From NCBI RefSeq assembly GCF_009914755.1, contig NC_060947.1: 64,000 bases of DNA; one strand, 5' to 3'. The notes under the pieces were generated by a model. That model did no database searches. It was given only the letters and a program-made list of their open reading frames with translations, and was not told the origin of the DNA. The DNA comes from the human T2T-CHM13v2.0 reference genome, Homo sapiens. Of the stretch, positions 1-10,754 are shown piece by piece. The first letter of the stretch is position 1; every line of letters begins with the position of its first letter. A program made the position numbers and the translations under genes.

Positions 1-597
1 ACGAATGTTCAGCTCTCTGAGTTAAACTCCATCGTCACAAAGAATTTTCTGAGAGTGCTACCGTCTAGTTTTTATATGAAGTTCTTTATTTTACTACCAC
101 AGGCCTCAAAGCGGTCCAAATCTCCACTTGCAGATTCTACAAAAAGAGTGTCTGCAAACTGCTCTATCAAAAGGAATGTTCAACTCTGGGAGTTGAATGC
201 AATCATCACAGAGCAGTTTCTGAGAATGCTTCTATGTCGTTTTTAGGAAAACATATTTCCTTTTCCAACACAGTCCTCCAAGCCCGCTAAATATCCACTT
301 GCACATTGTAGAAAAAGTGTGTCAAAGCTGTGCTATCAAAAGGAAAGTTCAACTCTGTGAGGTGAATGCAAACATCCCAAAGAAGTTTCTGAGAATGCTT
401 CCATTTAGCTTTTAGGTGAAGATTATCCCGTTTGCAACGAAATCTTCAAAGAGGTCCAAATATCCCCTTGCGGATCCCACAGAAACAGTGTTTCAAAACT
501 GCTGTTGCAAAAGGAATCTTCAACTCTGTGAGTTGAATGCAATCATCACAAAGAAGTTTCTGACAATGCTTCTCTCTCGTCTTTCTGTGAAGATAAA

Positions 598-638
598 GGA
601 AAAGGCTTTCAGGCCTTTTCCACCACAGGCCTGAAAGC
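598..638. other. Overlapping double inverted repeat in the 186-bp monomer (once per HOR)
   Basis: GGAAAAGGC (598-606) pairs with GCCTTTTCC (613-621). GCTTTCAGGCCT (605-616) pairs with AGGCCTGAAAGC (627-638). Confidence 0.9.
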
Positions 639-1461
639 GCTCCAAATGTCCACTTGCAGATTCTGCCAAAAGAATATTTCAAAACTGCTCTATGAAAAGC
701 AATGTTAAACTCTGCGGCTCGAACACAAACATCACAAAGCAGTTTCTGAGAATGCTTCAGTTTAGTTTTCTCTGGAAATATTCCCGTTTCCAAAGAAATC
801 TTCAAAGAGGTCCGCGTATCCTCTTACAGATTCTACAAAAAGACAGTTTCAAAACTGCTCAATCAAAAGGAGGGTTCAACTGTGTGACTTGAATGCAATC
901 ATCACTCAGAACTTTCTGAGAATGCTTCTCTTTAGTTTTTACGTGAACATATACCCGTTTCGAACGAAGGCCACCCAGTGGTCCAAATATCCACTTGCAG
1001 ATTCTACAGAAAGAGTGTTTCGAACCTGAACTCTCAAAGGCAGGTTCATCTCTGCGAGTTAAATGCATTCATCATGAAGAACTTTCTCAGAGTGTTTGTG
1101 TTTAGTTATGGGAAATTATTCCCGTTCCCAACGAAATCCTCAGAGAGGTCCAAATGTCCACCTGCAGATTCTACCAAAAGTGTATTTGGAAACTGCTCCA
1201 TCAACAGGCATGTTCAGCTCTGTGAGTGAAACTCCATCATCACAAAGAATATTCTGAGAATGCTTCCGTTTGCCTTTTATATGAAGTTCCTTCCTATACG
1301 ACCGTAGGCCTCAAAGCAGTCCAAATCTCCATTTGCAGATTCTACAAAAAGAGTGATTCCAATCTGCTCTATCAATAGGATTGTTCAACTCCATGAGTTG
1401 AATGCCATCCTCACAAAGTCGTTTCTGAGAATGCTTCTATCTAGTTTTTATGTGAAGATAT

Positions 1462-1478
1462 TTCCTTTTCCACCACAG
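1462..1478 (+). promoter_or_regulatory. pJ-alpha (A-box)-like motif of an A-type monomer (representative copy)
   Basis: TTCCTTTTCCACCACAG occupies the position where B-type monomers carry the CENP-B box, and it resembles the pJ-alpha motif TTCCTTTTYCACCRTAG. Confidence 0.7.
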
Positions 1479-4400
1479 GCCTCAAAGCCCTCCAAACGTC
1501 CACTTGCAGATTCTCGAAAAAGAGTGTTTCATAGCTGCTCTTTCAAAAGGAAAGTTCAACACTGGGAGTTGAATACAAACATCACAAAGTAGTTTCCGAG
1601 AATGCTTCTGTTTAGTTCTTATGTGAAGATGATCCCGTTTCCAGTGAAATCTTCAAAGAGGTCCACATATCCCCTTGCAGATTCCAAAGAAAGAGGGTTT
1701 CAAAACTGCTCCATCAAAAGGATTGTTCAACTCTGTGAGTTGAATGCAGTCATCGCAGAAAACTTTCTGAGAATGCTTCTGTCTAGGTTTGATGTGAAGA
1801 TATAGACGTTTCAAACGAAGGCTACATAGTGGTCAAAATATACACTTGCAGATTCTACTACAAGGGTGTTGCAAACCTGAACTATCAAAGGAAGGTTCAA
1901 CTCTGTGAGTTGAATACAAACATCACAAAGAATGTTCTGAGTTTGCTTCCGTTCAGTTATGGGAAGTTGATCCCGTTCCCAACGAAATCCTCAGAGAGGT
2001 CCAAATATCCCCTTGCAGATTCTACAAAACGTGTGTTTGGAAACTGCTCCATCATAACGAATGTTCAGCTCTCTGAGTTAAACTCCATCGTCACAAAGAA
2101 TTTTCTGAGAGTGCTACCGTCTAGTTTTTATATGAAGTTCTTTATTTTACTACCACAGGCCTCAAAGCGGTCCAAATCTCCACTTGCAGATTCTACAAAA
2201 AGAGTGTCTGCAAACTGCTCTATCAAAAGGAATGTTCAACTCTGGGAGTTGAATGCAATCATCACAGAGCAGTTTCTGAGAATGCTTCTATGTCGTTTTT
2301 AGGAAAACATATTTCCTTTTCCAACACAGTCCTCCAAGCCCGCTAAATATCCACTTGCACATTGTAGAAAAAGTGTGTCAAAGCTGTGCTATCAAAAGGA
2401 AAGTTCAACTCTGTGAGGTGAATGCAAACATCCCAAAGAAGTTTCTGAGAATGCTTCCGTTTAGCTTTTAGGTGAAGATTATCCCGTTTGCAACGAAATC
2501 TTCAAGGAGGTCCAAATATCCCCTTGCGGATCCCACAGAAAGAGTGTTTCGAAACTGCTGTTTCAAAAGGAATCTTCAACTCTGTGAGTTGAATGCAATC
2601 ATCACAAAGAAGTTTCTGACAATGCTTCTCTCTCGTCTTTCTGTGAAGATAAAGGAAAAGGCTTTCAGGCCTTTTCCACCACAGGCCTGAAAGCGCTCCA
2701 AATGTCCACTTGCAGATTCTGCCAAAAGAATATTTCAAAACTGCTCTATGAAAAGCAATGTTAAACTCTGCGGCTCGAACACAAACATCACAAAGCAGTT
2801 TCTGAGAATGCTTCAGTTTAGTTTTTCTGTGGAAATATTCCCGTTTCCAAAGAAATCTTCAAAGAGGTCCACGTATCCACTTACAGATTCTACAAAAAGA
2901 CAGTTTCAAAACTGCTCAATCAAAAGGAGGGTTCAACTGTGTGACTTGAATGCAATCATCACTCAGAAGTTTCTGAGAATGCTTCTCCTTAGTTTTTACA
3001 TGAACATATACCCGTTTCGAACGAAGGCCACCCAGTGGTCCAAATATCCACTTGCAGATTCTACAGAAAGAGTGTTTCGCACCTGAACTCTCAAAGGCAG
3101 GTTCATCTCTGCGAGTTAAATGCATTCGTCATGAAGAACTTTCTCAGCGTGTTTGTGTTTAGTTATGGGAAATTATTCCCGTTCCCAACGAAATCCTCAG
3201 AGAGGTCCAAATGTCCACCTGCAGATTCTACCAAAAGTGTATTTGGAAACTGCTCCATCAACAGGCATGTTCAGCTCTGTGAGTGAAACTCCATCATCAC
3301 AAAGAATATTCTGAGAATGCTTCCGTTTGCCTTTTATATGAAGTTCCTTCCTATACGACCGTAGGCCTCAAAGCAGTCCAAATCTCCATTTGCAGATTCT
3401 ACAAAAAGAGTGATTCCAATCTGCTCTATCAATAGGATTGTTCAACTCCATGAGTTGAATGCCATCCTCACAAAGTCGTTTCTGAGAATGCTTCTATCTA
3501 GTTTTTATGTGAAGATATTTCCTTTTCCACCACAGGCCTCAAAGCCCTCCAAACGTCCACTTGCAGATTCTCGAAAAAGAGTGTTTCATAGCTGCTCTTT
3601 CAAAAGGAAAGTTCAACTCTGGGAGTTGAATACAAACATCACAAAGTAGTTTCCGAGAATGCTTCTGTTTAGTTCTTATGTGAAGATGATCCCGTTTCCA
3701 GTGAAATCTTCAAAGAGGTCCACATATCCCCTTGCAGATTCCAAAGAAAGAGGGTTTCAAAACTGCTCCATCAAAAGGATTGTTCAACTCTGTGAGTTGA
3801 ATGCAGTCATCGCAGAAAACTTTCTGAGAATGCTTCTGTCTAGGTTTGATGTGAAGATATAGACGTTTCAAACGAAGGCTACAAAGTGGTCAAAATATAC
3901 ACTTGCAGATTGTACTACAAGGGTGTTGCAAACCTGAACTATCAAAGGAAGGTTCAACTCTGTGGGTTGAATACAAACATCACAAAGAATGTTCTGAGTT
4001 TGCTTCCGTTCAGTTATGGGAAGTTGATCCCGTTCCCAACGAAATCCTCAGAGAGGTCCAAATATCCCCTTGCAGATTCTACAAAACGTGTGTTTGGAAA
4101 CTGCTCCATCATAACGAATGTTCAGCTCTCTGAGTTAAACTCCATCGTCACAAAGAATTTTCTGAGAGTGCTACCGTCTAGGTTTTATATGAAGTTTTTT
4201 CCTTTACTACCACAGGCCTCAAAGCGGTCCAAATCTCCACTTGCAGATCCTACAAAAAGAGTGTCTGCAAACTGCTCTATCAAAAGGAATGTTCAACTCT
4301 GGGAGTTGAATGCAATCATCACAGAGCAGTTTCTGAGAATGCTTCTATGTCGTTTTTAGGAGAAGATATTTCCTTTTCCAACACAGTCCTCCAAGCCCGC

Positions 4401-7400
4401 TAAATATCCACTTGCACACTGTAGAAAAAGTGTGTCGAAGCTGCGCTATCAAAGGGAAAGTTCAACTCTGTGAGGTGAATGCAAACATCCCAAAGAAGTT
4501 TCTGAGAATGCTTCCGTTTAGCTTTTAGGTGAAGATTATCCCGTTTGCGACGAAATCTTCAAAGAGGTCCAAATATCCCCTTGCGGATCCCAAAGAAACA
4601 GTGTTTCGAAACTGCTGTTTCAAAAGGAATCTTCAACTCTGTGAGTTGAATGCAATCATCACAAAGAAGTTTCTGGCAATGCTTCTCTCTCGTCTTTCTG
4701 TGAAGATAAAGGAAAAGGCTTTCAGGCCTTTTCCAACACAGGCCTGAAAGCGCTCCAAATGTCCACTTGCAGATTCTGCCAAAAGAATATTTCAAAACTG
4801 CTCTATGAAAAGCAATGTTAAACTCTGCGGCTCGAACACAAACATCACAAAGCAGTTTCTGAGAATGCTTCAGTTTAGTTTTTCTCTGGAAATATTCCCG
4901 TTTCCAAAGAAATCTTCAAAGAGGTCCGCGTATCCATTACAGATTCTACAAAAAGACAGTTTCAAAACTGCTCAATCAAAAGGAGGGTTCAACTGTGTGA
5001 CTTGAATGCAATCATCACTCAGAACTTTCTGAGAATGCTTCTCTTTAGTTTTTACGTGAACATATACCCGTTTCGAACGAAGGCCACCCAGTGGTCCAAA
5101 TATCCACTTGCAGATTCTACAGAAAGAGTGTTTCGAACCTGAACTCTCAAAGGCAGGTTCATCTCTGCGAGTTAAATGCATTCGTCATGAAGAACTTTCT
5201 CAGAGTGTTTGTGTTTAGTTATGGGAAATTATTCCCGTTCCCAACGAAATCCTCAGAGAGGTCCAAATGTCCACCTGCAGATTCTACCAAAAGTGTATTT
5301 GGAAACCGCTCTATCAACAGGCATGTTCAGCTCTGTGAGTGAAACTCCATCATCACAAAGAATATTCTGAGAATGCCTCCGTTTGCCTTTTATATGAAGT
5401 TCCTTCCTATACGACCGTAGGCCTCAAAGCAGTCCAAATCTCCATTTGCAGATTCTACAAAAAGAGTGATTCCAATCTGCTCTATCAATAGGATTGTTCA
5501 ACTCCATGAGTTGAATGCCATCCTCACAAAGTCGTTTCTGAGAATGCTTCTATCTAGTTTTTATGTGAAGATATTTCCTTTTCCACCACAGGCCTCAAAG
5601 CCCTCCAAACGTCCACTTGCAGATTCTCGAAAAAGAGTGTTTCATAGCTGCTCTTTCAAAAGGAAAGTTCAACACTGGGAGTTGAATACAAACATCACAA
5701 AGTAGTTTCCGAGAATGCTTCTGTTTAGTTCTTATGTGAAGATGATCCCGTTTCCAGTGAAATCTTCAAAGAGGTCCACATATCCCCTTGCAGATTCCAA
5801 AGAAAGAGGGTTTCAAAACTGCTCCATCAAAAGGATTGTTCAACTCTGTGAGTTGAATGCAGTCATCGCAGAAAACTTTCTGAGAATGCTTCTGTCTAGG
5901 TTTGATGTGAAGATATAGACGTTTCAAACGAAGGTTACAAAGTGGTCAAAATATACACTTGCAGATTGTACTACAAGGGTGTTGCAAACCTGAACTATCA
6001 AAGGAAGGTTCAACTCTGTGGGTTGAATACAAACATCACAAAGAATGTTCTGAGTTTGCTTCCGTTCAGTTATGGGAAGTTGATCCCGTTCCCAACGAAA
6101 TCCTCAGAGAGGTCCAAATATCCCCTTGCAGATTCTACAAAACGTGTGTTTGGAAACTGCTCCATCATAACGAATGTTCAGCTCTCTGAGTTAAACTCCA
6201 TCGTCACAAAGAATTTTCTGAGAGTGCTACCGTCTAGGTTTTATATGAAGTTCTTTCCTTTACTACCACAGGCCTCAAAGCGGTCCAAATCTCCACTTGC
6301 AGATCCTACAAAAAGAGTGTCTGCAAACTGCTCTATCAAAAGGAATGTTCAACTCTGGGAGTTGAATGCAATCATCACAGAGCAGTTTCTGAGAATGCTT
6401 CTATGTCGTTTTTAGGAGAAGATATTTCCTTTTCCAACACAGTCCTCCAAGCCCGCTAAATATCCACTTGCACATTGTAGAAAAAGTGTGTCGAAGCTGC
6501 GCTATCAAAGGGAAAGTTCAACTCTGTGAGGTGAATGCAAACATCCCAAAGAAGTTTCTGAGAATGCTTCCGTTTAGCTTTTTGGTGAAGATTATCCCGT
6601 TTGCAACGAAATCTTCAAAGAGGTCCAAATATCCCCTTGCGGATCCCACAGAAAGAGTGTTTCGAAACTGCTGTTTCAAAAGGAATCTTCAACTCTGTGA
6701 GTTGAATGCAATCATCACAAAGAAGTTTCTGACAATGCTTCTCTCTCGTCTTTCTGTGAAGATAAAGGAAAAGGCTTTCAGGCCTTTTCCACCACAGGCC
6801 TGAAAGCGCTCCAAATGTCCACTTGCAGATTCTGCCAAAAGAATATTTCAAAACTGCTCTATGAAAAGCAATGTTAAACTCTGCGGCTCGAACACAAACA
6901 TCACAAAGCAGTTTCTGAGAATGCTTCAGTTTAGTTTTTCTCTGGAAATATTCGCGTTTCCAAAGAAATCTTCAAAGAGGTCCGCGTATCCACTTACAGA
7001 TTCTACAAAAAGACAGTTTCAAAACTGCTCAATCAAAAGGAGGGTTCAACTGTGTGACTTGAATGCAATCATCACTCAGAAGTTTCTGAGAATGCTTCTC
7101 TTTAGTTTTTACGTGAACATATACCCGTTTCGAACGAAGGCCACCCAGTGGTCCAAATATCCACTTGCAGATTCTACAGAAAGAGTGTTTCGAACCTGAA
7201 CTCTCAAAGGCAGGTTCATCTCTGCGAGTTAAATGCATTCGTCATGAAGAACTTTCTCAGAGTGTTTGTGTTTAGTTATGGGAAATTATTCCCGTTCCCA
7301 ACGAAATCCTCAGAGAGGTCCAAATGTCCACCTGCAGATTCTACCAAAAGTGTATTTGGAAACTGCTCCATCAACAGGCATGTTCAGCTCTGTGAGTGAA

Positions 7401-8697
7401 ACTCCATCATCACAAAGAATATTCTGAGAATGCTTCCGTTTGCCTTTTATATGAAGTTCCTTCCTATACGACCGTAGGCCTCAAAGCAGTCCAAATCTCC
7501 ATTTGCAGATTCTACAAAAAGAGTGATTCCAATCTGCTCTATCAATAGGATTGTTCAACTCCATGAGTTGAATGCCATCCTCACAAAGTCGTTTCTGAGA
7601 ATGCTTCTATCTAGTTTTTATGTGAAGATATTTCCTTTTCCACCACAGGCCTCAAAGCCCTCCAAACGTCCACTTGCAGATTCTCGAAAAAGAGTGTTTC
7701 ATAGCTGCTCTTTCAAAAGGAAAGTTCAACACTGGGAGTTGAATACAAACATCACAAAGTAGTTTCCGAGAATGCTTCTGTTTAGTTCTTATGTGAAGAT
7801 GATCCCGTTTCCAGTGAAATCTTCAAAGAGGTCCACATATCCCCTTGCAGATTCCAAAGAAAGAGGGTTTCAAAACTGCTCCATCAAAAGGATTGTTCAA
7901 CTCTGTGAGTTGAATGCAGTCATCACAGAAAACTTTCTGAGAATGCTTCTGTCTAGGTTTGATGTGAAGATATAGACGTTTCAAACGAAGGCTACATAGT
8001 GGTCAAAATATACACTTGCAGATTCTACTACAAGGGTGTTGCAAACCTGAACTATCAAAGGAAGGTTCAACTCTGTGAGTTGAATACAAACATCACAAAG
8101 AATGTTCTGAGTTTGCTTCCGTTCAGTTATGGGAAGTTGATCCCGTTCCCAACGAAATCCTCAGAGAGGTCCAAATATCCCCTTGCAGATTCTACAAAAC
8201 GTGTGTTTGGAAACTGCTCCATCATAACGAATGTTCAGCTCTCTGAGTTAAACTCCATCGTCACAAAGAATTTTCTGAGAGTGCTACCGTCTAGTTTTTA
8301 TATGAAGTTCTTTATTTTACTACCACAGGCCTCAAAGCGGTCCAAATCTCCACTTGCAGATTCTACAAAAAGAGTGTCTGCAAACTGCTCTATCAAAAGG
8401 AATGTTCAACTCTGGGAGTTGAATGCAATCATCACAGAGCAGTTTCTGAGAATGCTTCTATGTCGTTTTTAGGAAAAGATATTTCCTTTTCCAACACAGT
8501 CCTCCAAGCCCGCTAAATATCCACTTGCACATTGTAGAAAAAGTGTGTCAAAGCTGCGCTATCAAAAGGAAAGTTCAACTCTGTGAGGTGAATGCAAACA
8601 TCCCAAAGAAGTTTCTGAGAATGCTTCCGTTTAGCTTTTAGGTGAAGATTATCCCGTTTGCAACGAAATCTTCAAAGAGGTCCAAATATCCCCTTGC

Positions 8698-10754
8698 GGA
8701 TCCCACAGAAAGAGTGTTTCGAAACTGCTGTTTCAAAAGGAATCTTCAACTCTGTGAGTTGAATGCAATCATCACAAAGAAGTTTCTGACAATGCTTCTC
8801 CCTCGTCTTTCTGTGAAGATAAAGGAAAAGGCTTTCAGGCCTTTTCCACCACAGGCCTGAAAGCGCTCCAAATGTCCACTTGCAGATTCTGCCAAAAGAA
8901 TATTTCAAAACTGCTCTATGAAAAACAATGTTAAACTCTGCGGCTCGAACACAAACATCACAAAGCAGTTTCTAAGCATGCTTCAGTTTAGTTTTTCTGT
9001 GGAAATATTCCCGTTTCCAAAGAAATCTTCAAAGAGGTCCACGTATCCACTTACAGATTCTACAAAAAGACAGTTTCAAAACTGCTCAATCAAAAGGAGG
9101 GTTCAACTGTGTGACTTGAATGCAATCATCACTCAGAACTTTCTGAGAATGCTTCTCCTTAGTTTTTACATGAACATATACCCGTTTCGAACGAAGGCCA
9201 CCCAGTGGTCCAAATATCCACTTGCAGATTCTACAGAAAGAGTGTTTCGAACCTGAACTCTCAAAGGCAGGTTCATCTCTGCGAGTTAAATGCATTCGTC
9301 ATGAAGAACTTTCTCAGCGTGTTTGTGTTTAGTTATGGGAAATTATTCCCGTTCCCAACGAAATCCTCAGAGAGGTCCAAATATCCACCTGCAGATTCTA
9401 CCAAAAGTGTATTTGGAAACTGCTCCATCAACAGGCATGTTCAGCTCTGTGAGTGAAACTCCATCATCACAAAGAATATTCTGAGAATGCTTCCGTTTGC
9501 CTTTTATATGAATTTCCTTCCTATACGACCGTAGGCCTCAAAGCAGTCCAAATCTCCATTTGCAGATTCTACAAAAAGAGTGATTCCAATCTGCTCTATC
9601 AATAGGATTCTTCAACTCCATGAGTTGAATGCCATCCTCACAAAGTCGTTTCTGAGAATGCTTCTATCCAGTTTTTATGTGAAGATATTTCTTTTTCCAC
9701 CACAGGCCTCAAAGCCCTCCAAACGTCCACTTGCAGATTCTCGAAAAAGAGTGTTTCATAGCTGCTCTTTCAAAAGGAAAGTTCAACTCTGGGAGTTGAA
9801 TACAAACATCACAAAGTAGTTTCCGAGAATGCTTCTGTTTAGTTCTTATGTGAAGATGATCCCGTTTAAAGTGAAATCTCCAAAGAGGTCCACATATCCC
9901 CTTGCAGATTCCAAAGAAAGAGGGTTTCAAAACTGCTCCATCAAGAGGATTGTTCAACTCTGTGAGTTGAATGCAGTCATCGCAGAAAACTTTCTGAGAA
10001 TGCTTCTGTCTAGGTTTGATGTGAAGATATAGACGTTTCAAACGAAGGCTACAAAGTGGTCAAAATATACACTTGCAGATTCTACTACAAGGGTGTTGCA
10101 AACCTGAACTATCAAAGGAAGGTTCAACTCTGTGGGTTGAATACAAACATCGCAAAGAATGCTCTGAGTTTGCTTCCGTTCAGTTATGGGAAGTTGATCC
10201 CGTTCCCAACGAAATCCTCAGAGAGGTCCAAATATCCCCTTGCAGATTCTACAAAACGTGTGTTTGGAAACTGCTCCATCATAACGAATGTTCAGCTCTC
10301 TGAGTTAAACTCCATCGTCACAAAGAATTTTCTGAGAGTGCTACCGTCTAGTTTTTATATGAAGTTCTTTCCTTTACTACCACAGGCCTCAAAGCGGTCC
10401 AAATCTCCACTTGCAGATTCTACAAAAAGAGTGTCTGCAAACTGCTCTATCAAAAGGAATGTTCAACTCTGGGAGTTGAATGCAATCATCACAGAGCAGT
10501 TTCTGAGAATGCTTCTATGTCGTTTTTAGGAGAAGATATTTCCTTTTCCAACACAGTCCTCCAAGCCCGCTAAATAGCCACTTGCACATTGTAGAAAAAG
10601 TGTGTCGAAGCTGCGCTATCAAAGGGAAAGTTCAACTCTGTGAGGTGAATGCAAACATCCCAAAGAAGTTTCTGAGAATGCTTCCGTTTAGCTTTTAGGT
10701 GAAGATTATCCCGTTTGCAACGAAATCTTCAAAGAGGTCCAAATATCCCCTTGC
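8698..10754 (-). repeat. Representative canonical 2,057-bp BamHI HOR unit
   Basis: GGATCC at 8698 and 10755. Twenty-five of the 30 BamHI intervals have this length. Confidence 0.93.

Larger units (their letters stand above)
47..2102 (-). repeat. One HOR decomposed into 12 monomers (171,169,171,186,170,170,168,171,171,171,170,168 bp; this copy carries a 1-bp deletion)
   Basis: TTCTGAGA-like anchors lie at 47, 218, 387, 558, 744, 914, 1084, 1252, 1423, 1594, 1765, 1935 and 2103. The 170/168 pair recurs 851 bp (five monomers) apart, which shows the pentameric substructure. Confidence 0.88.

Noticed and set aside
598-625. Hairpin as a rho-independent terminator or structured ncRNA gene
   Set aside because: This is eukaryotic satellite DNA with no upstream gene and no U-tract after the stem. 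It is reported only as a DNA inverted repeat.
766-769. T5>T4 contraction as a meaningful structural variant
   Set aside because: It is a single homopolymer indel and cannot be distinguished from sequencing or consensus error without reads.
782-1820. Three further CENP-B-like boxes per HOR (TCCCGTTTCCAAAGAAA, TCCCGTTTCCAGTGAAA, AGACGTTTCAAACGAAG)
   Set aside because: Each lacks part of the 9-bp core (CGAA or CCCG on the plus strand) in every copy examined, so they were not counted as functional boxes.
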